DNA of 64,000 nucleotides from assembly GCF_006345805.1 (NCBI RefSeq), contig NC_043002.1:75268001-75332000 (forward strand), given 5' to 3'. Under the pieces are notes generated by a model that did not search any database, had not been told where the DNA came from, and saw only the letters and a program-made list of their open reading frames with translations. This stretch comes from Octopus sinensis (taxonomy: Eukaryota). Both the position numbers and the translations under genes were made by a program. Of this stretch, positions 11,346-24,200 are shown one piece after another (the first letter of the stretch is position 1; the number at the start of each line of letters is the position of its first letter).

Positions 11346-12241
11346 AGATATTTCTTTGACAGAGCTCTGGTAGTGCTTTGACTGACAGTAATAGAAATGC
11401 AGTGCTTGGACTGGCGCTAATAGTAAAATAAAGGCATATTTTATTAGGTCCCATTTGAGAATTACCTAGATTCAAGGGATAAGTCAATTCATTACCCAGG
11501 AATGAGGCTGCAGTGTTAATTATGAGTATACAATCTCAAAACTTCTAAGAAATTTATACTTTTATTTCTTATAGACTCTATACAGGTGAACCCTCACCTT
11601 CCCTACTTTGTTTTATTAGTCAGTTTCAGGAAGGAGAGGTATGTATTGGTAAGTTTTGTAGGGTTTGCTTGGAATGGTACAGCTTAAATTTCTCTGCAGA
11701 TCTATGTTTATGGAGGGTAGGAATGTTGATAGAGAGGGACTTAAAGATGATGGTAGCTCTGATGAGGGAAAAAATATTTTGTATATGGTGTGGAAATATG
11801 CAAGAAACGACTGAGATGATGAGATTTGTTTTAATAGCCAGGGTTTATTTTCCTATTTATGTCTCTTTTATTTACAAAAAAAAAAAAAATGTTTAGGATA
11901 AGTGGAGAGGCGTAAAAGTTTTCTCTGATGTAATTTGTCAATATGCTTCCTCTGCTTAATTAATTCTATGAATTAGGAATCTCTTAGAATAATCCACCTC
12001 TTTTTTTTTTTTTTTTTTTTTTTTGCAAACTCCATATCTCTTCTTATTGGAATGTCTATAGAGCTTCCGTTTCTCTGTGTGTGTGTTTGGTGAGTTGAAT
12101 TCATCTATTTTCATAATACATGGAATTCAAGCATACAGTCATGTGTGCATGCATGCTCACTCAATCAGAAACTCATTATTCACTACCATGATGATGATGA
12201 TGGATAAGCCTCTGCCACCACAACTACAGTGATTCATATAC

Positions 12242-12277
<36 letters not shown>

Positions 12278-12299
12278 ATACACCACACCCCAATCTATA

Positions 12300-12351
<52 letters not shown>

Positions 12352-12389
12352 ATATATATTTTTCTACCTGTTTGTTAGTTTGCTTTGGC

Positions 12390-12436
<47 letters not shown>

Positions 12437-13889
12437 ATATGCCTGTGTACATTAGTATGTATGCATAGTATATACAGGTGCATCGTGTGTGTATATGTAT
12501 GAGAATGAACACAGAAAAGTGAGTACCTTGTTCACATGCAAATTCTGTTTCTCTTTTTTCTTCTTTTTCTTCTCTCTCTCTCTCCCTCCCTCCCTCTCCC
12601 TCTCTCTCCCTCTCTCTCCATCCCCTTTCCATGATAGTTTGGCATACACGTTTCATGAAAGAAAAAATGATTTGTGTTACAGGAAATAGCTTTGTTAGAC
12701 ATATTTTGATATGGAGTTTTTCTGTGTCATTTTCATTTTTCATTGTTGACTCAGTTTGTGCATGTATGTTTGTGCGTGTGAGTGTGCATCTGTCTTTATA
12801 TATGTGTGTGTGCTAATAAAATGATGGTGTATCAGAGAATCTCTCTTTATCATAAAAGAATGATTTTCAGTTGATTTCTAATTGCTTAATCAGGCAATTT
12901 TTATATAAGTAGATTTACTTCTGCTTTCATAAGTAGCGTACGCACACACATAAGTGCACATGCTCACACACACACATTGAATAGTATAGAGACATGTATA
13001 TACATACACAAATCTGTACTATCTCTCTCTCTCTCTCACACACACACACGTGTGTGTGTGACGTAGAATTAAGCATTTCTCTCTTTAAAGTATTCATCTA
13101 TTTGTCTCTCTATTTCTCTTTCTCTGTACATGTCTCACTTGGGAATAAGTATTCCCCCTCTATGTATATGTGTGTGTGTGTGTACAACACATGTAATAAA
13201 TGGTACACAGATGTATGTAGTTTGTCTAATGTTTGTTGTTGTATTTGCTGGGTATGATGACTTCCACTAGCTTTCCTGCTTGGAAACCATTTAAATCACC
13301 CAGTTCTGTTCTCTGCTGTTGACACCACCACCACCACCAACACATACACCCATCATTTCCTTTGCCTAAACCAAGTTTCAGTGTCAAAACAGCAGAGCAA
13401 AACATTGCCAATATCATCTTGTGATGGTAGTAGTGGTGGTGATGATGACGACGATCATCATCATCATCGTTGTCATATGATGGTGGTGGTTTAATGGAAG
13501 AGGGGATGGTGGGGCTGGGGGGTGGTAAGACTTGCCCCCCAACCCAGAGGAAGAGACTATTTAGCACTGGTTTGGTTAGCAGAGTGAAATGTGTTAGTGT
13601 ATGTAACTGGATAGTTGTGCGAAGTCTGTTTTCTATGGGATTTTTACTTGATTTGCTTAACTGCTTCCAAACACCCTCTTCCCCTCCTTTAATAGGCATC
13701 CCCCCCCATACACACAAACACACACACACACACACACACACCCTATCAAGCACCCCCACTCCACCCTACTTTTAATGCTGTCTTGCTTTAGTGACCATAA
13801 GATACATTTAAACTGATACTATGTGCTCTGGGGAGAAAATCCTTGTGCTCCCATCCAACCTCAACTAGAATTTGTATGTACTTTTTTTT

Positions 13890-14072
13890 TTATATCTTTT
13901 ATTCATTGCTCTGACCCCAGTATTTATTTTTAAAATTGACAGAATAAGGGACTTATTTTTTTCAAATCTGTTACTTATTCTGTCAGTTGCATTTGCCAAA
14001 CTGCTAAGTTACCGAGGTGTAAACAAACCAACATTGGTTTTCAAAAATGGTGGTGAGAAAACAAATACGACC

Positions 14073-14110
<38 letters not shown>

Positions 14111-14275
14111 GCTCATTTATATACATACAACAGGATCTCCATCTTGTGAGTTAACTCACAAGGCATTGTTCAACCTGGGCTATTGTAGAAGACACTTGCC
14201 AAAGTGCTGTGCAATGGGACTGAACCTGAAACCACAGGTTTGCAAAGTGAGTTTCTTAAACACACAGCCATACAT
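13890..14275 (-). mobile_element. SINE family A
   Basis: GACCCCAGTATTTATT, GCTAAGTTACCGAGGTGTAAACAAACC, GAAGACACTTGCCAAAGTG, GGGACTGAACCTGAAACCAC, CACACAGCCA. Confidence 0.85.
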
Positions 14276-14619
14276 GTGCAAATATACACAAAATATTTCA
14301 TTAGTATGGGGGAGGAGGTGTGGAGTGATTCTACACTTTCCCCCTTTTGTACTTCTTCATTGTCTTTAATTGTCTCAAAGCTGTTCTGTAGTAACAGTTT
14401 TGGTTGAGTAACACAGAGATGTCCTGCACTTTTATTTTAGTAGTCTTTGAAAATGTCTTGTGGGTGGTGGGTTCATGTACACACACATGTATTCATTTGT
14501 AAGGAGAGTATTTGACTAAAAATTACAGAATTGTGATTCTGTAATAATGCAGAGTGAAAGCGCAGAAACCTTGCACATGTCTGTATTAAATAATTCTTTA
14601 GCAGTCTTTACTCTGTTAC

Positions 14620-14985
14620 TCTTTTACTTGTTTCAGTCATTTGACTGCGGCCATGCTGGAGCACTGCCTTTAGTCGAGCAAATCGACCCCAGGACTTATT
14701 CTTTGTAAGCCCAGTACTTATTCTATTGGTCTCTTTTGCTGAACCACTAAGTTACGAGGATGTAAACACACCAGCATCGGTTGTCAAGCGATGTTGGGGG
14801 GACAAACACAGACACACACATATATATACATATATACGATGGGCTTCTTTCAGTTTCTGTCTACCAAATCCACTCACAAGGCTTTGGTCAGCCCGAGGCT
14901 ATAGTAGAAGACACTTGCCCATGGTGCCACACAGTGGGACTGAATCCAGAACCATGTGGTTGGTAAGCAAGCTCAACCAAGCCTT
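14620..14985 (-). mobile_element. SINE family A, well-preserved near-full-length copy
   Basis: CTCTTTTACTTGTTTCAGTCATTTGACTGCGGCCATGCTGGAGCAC through GGGACTGAATCCAGAACCATGTGGTTGGTAAGCAAGC. Includes a reverse-complement B-box-like GGTTCTGGATTCAGTCCC and a CORE-like GGCACCATGGGCAAGTGTCTTCT. Confidence 0.9.
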
Positions 14986-15239
14986 CATGACAGTGGCAGA
15001 GTCAACATTGAAAAATTTTTAACTTTTACATCTCATCTCTGTTTGATACACTTGATACTATTTAGAAAAAGACTAAGCTTTCATACCTTAGTATAGGTTT
15101 TATCTTGTTTGGTTCTTATTAGTTTTTACTTTAGCATCAGCTTCATAAACAGCATTGCTTATAATGGCTTCATTTATTACATGATATCACTGTTTGTGCA
15201 CTCTTTTTGCTTGTTTGATCTAACATATATCAAATTAAG

Positions 15240-15495
15240 GCCTGGGTGGTCACGACAATCTGCATGACCACCATAGTGATAATGAGGGACCTCCAGGTGG
15301 TCACTAGTCCTGCTAGAAATACCAACCCCTTTCTTTCAGATCACACTTCACTGTTTTAAAAAAAAAAAGATATAGGGTAAACTGGATAACATAGTTGTAG
15401 ATAATTTTAAAAACATACACTGGTTACAGCTGGAATAGCTTCAACCATAAGTCTCATTTGCCAGATTTGTTGACCTTGGGTTATACAACAACTGC
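15240..15495 (+). mobile_element. Repeat family E
   Basis: AATGAGGGACCTCCAGGTGGTCACTAGTCCTGCTAGAAATA...CTGGAATAGCTTCAACCATAAG...TTGGGTTATACAACAAC. Confidence 0.65.
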
Positions 15496-17550
15496 AGAAA
15501 TAGCAGCCAAATTTTCAGATACATCCTTCAAACAGGACTGGCACATTGGTTCAGGATATTTTTATGTTAGGAAAAATTATGAAGCAGTATGGTTGTGGCA
15601 GGAATGTCTTTGATCATAATTCATTGTGGAATGTCTGTGTTGATCACTTGCTTTAAACAACAGCAGTAACTAGAATTTTATTAAGTTCTAAAAATTGATA
15701 TTGTTGGAATGAGAGAAAGAAAGAGAGAAAAACATTACTTCTTTATTAATGTCCAATTTTTCTAAGGCTTGCCTGATAATTTTCTAACAAAAGTAACAGT
15801 ATATTTTTAAAGGAGTTGGATGAGATGCTGAGGTAATCTTATCTTACCCATTGGCCAATGTTGTCTCTGTTTGCTATGTATGATAATGAAGAATGTTGAT
15901 CTGTTGGTTTTTAAACCAGTCAGAACAAGATCTGGTAATAAGAACATAACATGATACTATGTTTAATTGGAAGCTCTTGATGAAGTGGGGGTGGGGGGAT
16001 ATTGTTATCTATTTATTTCGTATTATATTCGAATACCTGAAAATACAAAAATCTGAAAAATTGTACTACCCACGATTTGGGAAAAGGTCATTGTGCCAAT
16101 AATAAACACACAATCACTGGTTTTAATTTCTTTCTTTGCTTTTTTTTTTTTTTGTTATTTGCTGATTGGTTAACTGTCTAACCAGTTAACCAATTGATTA
16201 TTTGATTTAACATTTGGTCAATAGATCAGTCAGCTTGGTTTGCTAAAGTCCTTTCATTGCGATTTGTGACCTCATCAGTGACACACCCTCTGTATTCTGG
16301 GTCTGTGTCTGGGCTGTCTGTCTGTCTCTTATAAAAATTGATATCCTTAAGAAAATGGCAGAAATGGCAGTTCTGAAAACCCTTTATTTCTTTGTTTGAT
16401 TAAATTCCTAGCTCAAATCCCTTCCTGTAGGAATGAAGGTTACAGCTTCGGTGGAAAGTGAATAATCTGCTTTTAACTACCTAAACTATGTGTCGGAAAT
16501 GCCATACAACACTCACAGCTTGCCAAACACCAAGACTAATGTAAGCTTGGAACATGCTGTAGATAACATATGGGGAAAGTTGATCTTCTTCACACACTTT
16601 TTGTCAGAGTTTATGAGCTCCTGTGGTTTATAAGAAACTTTGGAAACTAGCATTAACTAAATTGCCCAAATAACTTACGAGAGATGGTGGATGATGTTTA
16701 CTAACTGGATGTGCAGTGCAACTGTGATTGAGTATGATACTTGTCTCATACGTTCTGAATATAGTCTCTGATTTATATATTATAATTTATATCAACAACC
16801 TTCAGCATCACTACATGCCATTATCACTCTCTTTCCCTCTCAAACACATTCACACTCACACACATTCCTTGCATGGTTTTATCTCTTAGTAAACACTGAT
16901 CTTTAATCAGCAGCATATTCAGATCATCCTATTGTCTCAAGTGATTCTCATTAGTCTTCATTATGAACCCTGAAATTTCAGGTTAGCGAATATACTGCTA
17001 CACATCTCAAGTGTCATTGGAAAATGAAGAGTGTGCTCTCTCTCTCTCCTTCATTCTCTCTTTCTCCAGTAGACTTTGTTTTATTGATAAGATCTAATGT
17101 TTAGGAACAATTGACGACATCCATCACAGCAGAAGGAAATATTAGGTCACGGGTTGTGTGTGTATTTGAGTAGGATTTATTAATTACTTAGAGAAATCAA
17201 TTAATTGCAGATATTATCAGCAGATTATTTAAACATATTTCCTTTTAAGATGGTTTTAAATTTTAAGTTCTTTCACTGCGGTTGATCTATGAAACGTGTT
17301 ACTTTATGCTCTAACATGTGTATCACCACCACTTATGTCATCAGATGGTTATGTAAGTTCATAACACGGGCATTGTGTTTTGGAGTGTTTTCATTAATAT
17401 GTGAAGTTATTTCTATCTTAGACTAATTAAAGAGGGATTGTCATTTTCAACTAATTTCATCACTGAAGAAATTTAATGTTTTAGTAATAGATAAATCATC
17501 AATTATTGGTAGTATTTGGACTCCATAAACACTCAGCCAAAACATGTGCT

Positions 17551-17589
<39 letters not shown>

Positions 17590-17592
<3 letters not shown>

Positions 17593-17945
17593 TTTACTCT
17601 TTTACTTGTTTCAGTCATTTTGACTGCGGCCATGCTGGAGCACCACCTTTAGTCGAGCAGATCGACCCCCAGGACTTATTCTTTGTAAACCTAGTACTTA
17701 TTCTATCGGTCTCTTTTGCCGAACAGGGACGTAAACATACCAGCATTGGTTGTCAAGCGATGTTGGGGACACATACACACAAACACACATTCGATGGGCT
17801 TCTTTCAGTTTCCATCTACCAAATCCACTCACAAGGCTTTGGTCAGCCTGAGGCTATAGTAGAAGACACTTGCCCAAGGTGCCACGCTGTGGGAATGAAC
17901 CTTGAACCATGTGGTTGGTAAGCAAGCTACTTAACACACAGCCAC
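17590..17945 (-). mobile_element. SINE family A, well-preserved copy
   Basis: Colinear with 14620-14985 over ~350 bp and flanked by (TA)n on both sides. Confidence 0.9.
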
Positions 17946-18189
17946 ATATAAATATATATATATATATATATATAATATATATATATATATATACACACAC
18001 ATACATACATACATACATACATACACCATTCACAGACATTCATACCTTTGGTGTGTTTTAGCTACAGATACATCACCAAAGTTTGACAGTAGTTGGACTC
18101 TATAAACCCTCAACCTAAGCACGTGTACATGCAAGCACATGTGCATGTATATGCAATTTTCACACAGTCATGCATGTGTTTACTTATGA

Positions 18190-18310
18190 TTCAATCATTA
18201 TCATCATAGTCTTCATTGTTTTAATGTTCACTTTCCCATGGATGAGATGAAATTTCTTGAGGCAGATTTTTTTATGGCTAGATGCCCTTCCAGTTGCTAA
18301 CCTTTACCTG
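18190..18310 (-). mobile_element. Repeat family C fragment
   Basis: CATCAT...TTTAATGTTCACTTTCCCATGG...TTTTATGGCTAGATGCCCTTCC. Confidence 0.65.
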
Positions 18311-18529
18311 TTTCCAAGTATGGTAATATTTTCCCCTTGACTAGACAGGTTTTCATGGAAAATTGGAAATGATGTACACTGCTTGTATAACGGTGGCACT
18401 TGTTTACAATTATTATGCAAAGTTGAAGTAAGGAGAGTGTAACACATGCACACACACATGCACTTGCAATTTCTGTCTACCAAATTCCCTCACAAATCTT
18501 TTTTCAGCCTGAAACATGAAAATTGATTA

Positions 18530-18700
18530 CAAGCATGGCCAAGTGTTTAAGTAGTTTACCTTGTAATTATAAAGCTTAGCTTTGATCCCACTGTGTGATA
18601 TCTTGACAGAAGCATCCTTTACTATATTCCTAGTTCACTTCAAACCATGTTAGTAATACTTGGTAGAAGTGGACTGTGTGGAAGCCCATTGGATAGGTGG
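18530..18700 (+). mobile_element. SINE family A 5' portion
   Basis: GCATGGCCAAGTGTTTAAGTAG...GATCCCACTGTGTGATATCTTG...GGTAGAAGTGGACTGTGTGGAAGCCC. Confidence 0.6.
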
Positions 18701-18959
18701 TTGTACTAGTAATTAAAGGGGCCAATTTGCTGCATGCAGTATCATGCTGATTCAGCCTGAGGAATATGTTGAGGGCACACATGTCTGTGGAATATTCAGC
18801 GAATTGGGGGTGACAGAGAATCCATTTAATGTATTTTGTATGTGTAATAAACCTAAGATATTTTAACCATATTCAAGACCCACTTTATCTCAATAGCTAT
18901 CTTATTTCCCTCTCTTTGTTTTTCTCTGCACGCGCATGTGTGAGTGTGTATACATATAA

Positions 18960-19009
<50 letters not shown>

Positions 19010-21964
19010 TGAAGGAGAGGGGGAGAAGTTTGTATGAGTCATATGTTCATTGTTATTTTTGTAATATTTAGGATTTTAAATATGGGTTTAGATATTTTGT
19101 CTGTCGGGGCAGAAGTGTTGGCAAGCAGATGCACAAAGAACTGTTGACATATTATTTTAGAAATATCATGCAAGAATATAATTCCCTATTTGTTCTCAGA
19201 AACTGTGAAAGAATTTGATCCCTGAGAATATCCTAGTGAAACAATGTCAGTGTGTTCACACCCAGTTATTGTCTTGTTTTTAAACTTAGATATTTATTTA
19301 TATTTTCACTTATGTATGTTGTCAATTACTGGTCCAGTGTTCATGTATACCTCTCTCACACACTTGCATACACACACAAAAAAAAAAGAATAAATAAAAT
19401 AACAGACGCTACAGGGAGTCATTAGTTTGACTCTTTGACCAATAGGATTATTGAAATTTAGAATGTGAGTGAGATTCTAGATTTTAAAATAGATTTGCTC
19501 TAGTTTAGCTCTTATAAGTTAGTTGTCCATTGTCAGTGTTGTTTTTCGGTATTTTTAAAATGAAATATAGCATTCCATCTGCCTATAATTTATGATTGTG
19601 TGCCTCCTTCAGCATGTTGAGAGACAATTCTAGGAATTTTAAACATATTTATTCATTCATGAACTTTTTTTGCTTTCTGATAGAAAACTGCTTAAACTTT
19701 CCACTTTTTTCTTCTTTAATCCATATTTAAATGTTGTCCTTTGAGTGCGAAGGTAGTAATTAAGCTGGTTAGTAGGTTAAAAGATATGCTGATATAGACA
19801 GTTAAATAATACACATATAAATAGAAAATGGCATTTAAAAAAGGACCCATATTTTTGGGTATTTGTTAATAAAAACTGATGAATGTATGTTGTTGTGGAG
19901 ACAAATGTCTTGAGTATGTACCCTTGATCAGAGATGTAATGAGAAGTATGTTGCAAGGGTATCTTATCTTAAAGCTTTTTAACACACTTTACTTATGAAG
20001 AGCCCTGCTGTAGTTGAAACATTGGTCTCTTACCAAAGTAATTCACTCTGACACTTACCGTCATTAGCCTACCAGTTCTACTCATTATCGATTTAGCTGG
20101 TGTTGGGTGAATAGTGGCAATCGGAAGAATATGATAAAGTGTTGATATATTTGACAGAGAATTCATCAATTGTTACAGTTCTTTATGGTGTTCAAATGCT
20201 ATCATGTGTATTAGTTGCCAGAAGTTTTGATTGACTAGTCTTATTGATTTGTCCTTGGGAGATTACATAAACAGCCAGTCAACTGAGGTGCCACTCTGAA
20301 ACCCAGTAGCTTGTTAGACTCACTGCCATTGATTGACTTATGAGGATGGCATGTAAACTGGTGAACAGAGCTAGGTAATTCTTGATGACAACTATTGATT
20401 TGATGATGTGTTGCAGCTAATTAGGATCAATAATTAATGATTGTCTACAGAGAAGGAATGTTAAATATTAGTTAATATTTTTTCTTTTTTTTTTTTGTTA
20501 GCTCCGAAGTTGGTCTGTTTTAACACCTTATCTGCATTGCTTTTCCATTTTACACTTACTATGTAACATTTAAACTTGATTATATATTTCATATGTGGTT
20601 TTGGTGGTGGCCATTGTGGTCATAAGCTGGTGACCAGAAGGTCATAAGTTCAAACTTTTGCAGTAATCATATTGTGAAGCCACCCTTTTCACTTCAGAGC
20701 TACCCAATAAGAAATTGTTATAAAAGTGTGTCACTGTTCAATTAATGCTATGGTCAATTATATATATACCTTTCATCTAAACAGCGTTGATAGAATATCA
20801 TACTGGTGTCGATTTAATTGATCTAACAACAACAAAACAAGACAAAACAAAGCAAAACAAAAAAAAAGTCTTGTGGCCTCGACAAAAGAAATCATCGTCA
20901 TTTACATCACCACTATTTTTAATTAATGAATTTCATTCCTTTACCACTATTTAGTTATTGTATGAATTCTGTGATCTATGTTAAACACGAATGCAAATGT
21001 TTCTTCGACCAGAAAAGGACAGTACTCTTGAAATAAACAATTGCCCCCTCCTTCTTGCTTTCTTTCCCTCTTTCTTTCTTCCTTTCTTTCTTTCTTTCCT
21101 TCTTTCTTTCTTTCTCTCTCTCTATCTCTTTCTTCATCTCCATCTCATGTTGTTTGCATACGTCTAATGTCGACACCCATTATAATTTGCTGGCGTTTCT
21201 AAAGGTTACAGCAGCTCTTTTGTGTCAGTGCCAACACCGAACCTGTTTAATGCTGTAAAAACAAGCCGTCTGTGTCATTGCTTTACCATTGCATTGCAGT
21301 AGTTGCATTGCCGGAAAAGAAGCTGTGCATATTCCTGACATGGCCATAAAGACTTCATTTCAATCACATATATGAAAAGGCAGTCGCTTGATTCACCAGC
21401 CATCTTTGTAATCCTGTTTGTATTTCTCGCATAGAGTTTTGTTTGCCGAACTGTTTATGGTGCAATTAATTAGTTGTAGGATATTGGTGGACAGGCTTGA
21501 AGCTTTTCAGTTCAAACAAAGTTTAGCGTTTGAATGAAAAAGATATTTGTTTTTGAAGCTACTTAGAATTTAATAAAGCTGCTACTATTAGCTCAAACCA
21601 ATAGACATCAATTAAGCAGTTTGCCTTGAATAACCAAATCTCATTTTACACCATTAATTTCGTCTTTATATTTTCTCTTTTTTCTTTCTCTCACTCTCTC
21701 TCTCTCTGAAGAATCCAACTGTAATTTGAAACCTTTAAATTATCTATTATGTGGCAGAAGACTAATTTTAATGAATAATCTTTGTTCTTCTCCTTTCTAG
21801 TTGTGGTGGTGGTGGTGCTGCTGCTTGTTGTTGTACGCTTGTACTTCGCTTTGTTTTAATTTATTTTAAAATTGTGCGTGTGCTTGTAATTCATGTGTAA
21901 ATATGTGTGCTTGTGTGCAATTTGTGTGTATAAGTATGTATGTACATGTATTTGCATATGCATG

Positions 21965-22017
<53 letters not shown>

Positions 22018-22044
22018 TATATATATATGTATGTATGAATGTAT

Positions 22045-22330
22045 GTATACATACACACATGTGTGTTTATATACATGCTTATAAATAATGTTTGTGTATA
22101 TGTATATACTTGTGTATTTTTATATGTGTGTGTGTAAGTGTGTAGGTATATAATATATACTCACAGGCATATGTGTATATATACATATATATATGTATAC
22201 ATACATACATACGTGTGTTTATATACATGCTTAAAAAATAATGTTTGTGTATCTGTATATACTTGTGTATTTATGTGTGTGTGTAGGTATATAATATATA
22301 TATATATACTCACAGGCATATGTGTGTATA
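22045..22330. repeat. Tandem duplication of a ~150-bp unit (2 copies) in TA/TG-rich DNA
   Basis: GTGTGTTTATATACATGCTTA.AAATAATGTTTGTGTAT.TGTATATACTTGTGTATTT...GTAGGTATATAATATATA..CTCACAGGCATATGTG occurs twice. Confidence 0.9.
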
Positions 22331-22609
22331 TAAATATATTTATATATGTATGTATACACACACACACACACACTGTATCTCTCTAGAATAAACTATTCAT
22401 TATCCTTATCAAGCTCTCTTTGAACCTGTTTAAAGTAATTTGTTTAAAGGCGTTGAACTCTGAAACAGAGATTAGCTAGTTCAGTCACAGTTTGTGGCTG
22501 GTGTTTCATTTCCCTTATCTCTCTCTGGCCATTTATGTAGTTAGGGGCTGAAAACTGCTGGCTGGAAATAACACTCTAGTTGTTTGTTTGCGCATATATA
22601 ATATAATAT

Positions 22610-22640
<31 letters not shown>

Positions 22641-23984
22641 TTAAAAAAAAAAAGACTGTTTGCTACCACTGCCTTCTGTCAGTTTCCTGATGTTGTGCAT
22701 TGTGAATGAATGACTGATTCAGTGAAAAAATATGTTATTTTATCTCTATTTATTTTGTTAAATCACTTACATGAAATTTCCAGGTTTTTTAATCTCTTTC
22801 TGCCTTGCCTCATGAAGAAAATTAATACTTTGCTCCAACACTGCTTTTGTTTTATATTGCTATTATTGCTAGTAATCTTAATAGGACTTTTATGTATCTG
22901 TTTGATATTTCTGCTGCAAACTGTTTTAAATGAAGAATCAGCATAGTCTTTTCTTTCCTTCTTTCTTTTTCCACTTCTTTCTCCCCCACCCCACCCCCTT
23001 TTGTTTTTATGTCCTAAGTATCCTACTTTTACTAATTCTATTATCTTGTCATTTTCTAAACTGTGGAATGCAAAGAAAAAGTAGTTTGCTAGTCAGTCAT
23101 TCACTGCCTGGCACCATGGGGGAGAATTTAACTTAACTAAACTGAATTAAATTAAATATATGTTAACATATTTAAATCTGTTTAAATCTGAGTATAAACA
23201 TGTTTGCAAATAATTCAATTTAATTTAATGGTATATATGCACTGGGTGGGCGGGGGCTGCCTTCTGAAATAGTTATGGGAATGAGGTTTCTTTTTGCCGA
23301 CTTTGTGCACTAAGCAGAATACCGCTAATAGATGTGGGCTCTAGAAATACAAATGGACATTAGACTTCAGCTCAGTCTGTAATGACTAATGAAACCTCCA
23401 ACTAAGGTTAAACAGTTGTACTCCTTGTTGTTCAAAATATTGTCTCTCATTATTTTAAGATGTGATTAAAATAACTCTTTTGAAATTGAGATTAGACTAT
23501 GTTTAAATATGTTTACCAATACCAAATGCATTTTTGGAGCCTATACATTATGTAGATAATGTCTTCTACTCTTTTCTGAACTTGGCAAAAGTTCCAACCA
23601 TTATTGAGTAAGTTTACATAAAATGAGAGCTCTTAGATGATAGACTATTTCAAAATTGTAACTGGAAAGACTGTAAAAAAAAAAAGTTAAAAAAAAAAGA
23701 AAATTTGTTAATATGTTCAGATAAATATAAAATTGAATGTTTCATTAATAAGTGATGTCTCTTGTTCTGAAGGACTGGAAGTTATAGCTAAATGATGAAA
23801 ACACAGTGAATGGTGTTTACTTGAATTTTTTTTATGTTGATTTATTTCAACTTGCATTAAGCCATTTTTCAATGGTATACTGTCTTTTTAAAAGGAGCAT
23901 ACCATTCATAAGGTTGCAAATTGGGGTAAAAGGACTCTGGAAACCAACTGAATAATTGGTCAACTAGTTCACTAATAGTAAAGG

Positions 23985-24200
23985 TTTAAAATTTTGACAA
24001 ATGTCCAGCAGTTTTTGAGGGATGGGGTAAGTCAATTACATTGATTTCAGTACTTGACTGGTGCTTATTTTATTGACCCCAAAGGATGAAAGGCAGAGCC
24101 AACCTCATCAGAACTTGAACTCAGAATCTAAAAAACAAACAAATGCCACGAAACATTTTGTCCAGCATGCTAACAATTCTGCCAGCTAGCCATCTTTAGG
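23985..24200 (-). mobile_element. SINE family B
   Basis: Reverse complement of the core: GGTGCTTATTTTATTGACCCCAAAGGATGAAAGGC...GAACTTGAACTCAGAA...ACAATTCTGCCAGC. Confidence 0.85.

Noticed and set aside
11630-11648. Plus-strand 9-nt or 19-nt microexon (GAAGGAGAG|GTATGT; ...TTG|GTAAGT)
   Set aside because: The signals are plausible, but there is no independent support and it conflicts in strand with most other candidates.
13226-13759. Longest ORF in the track (177 aa, minus strand)
   Set aside because: It is built from (GT)n, (GAT)n and (CAC)n tracts with no recognisable domain. Part could be an exon, but splice sites are unconvincing.
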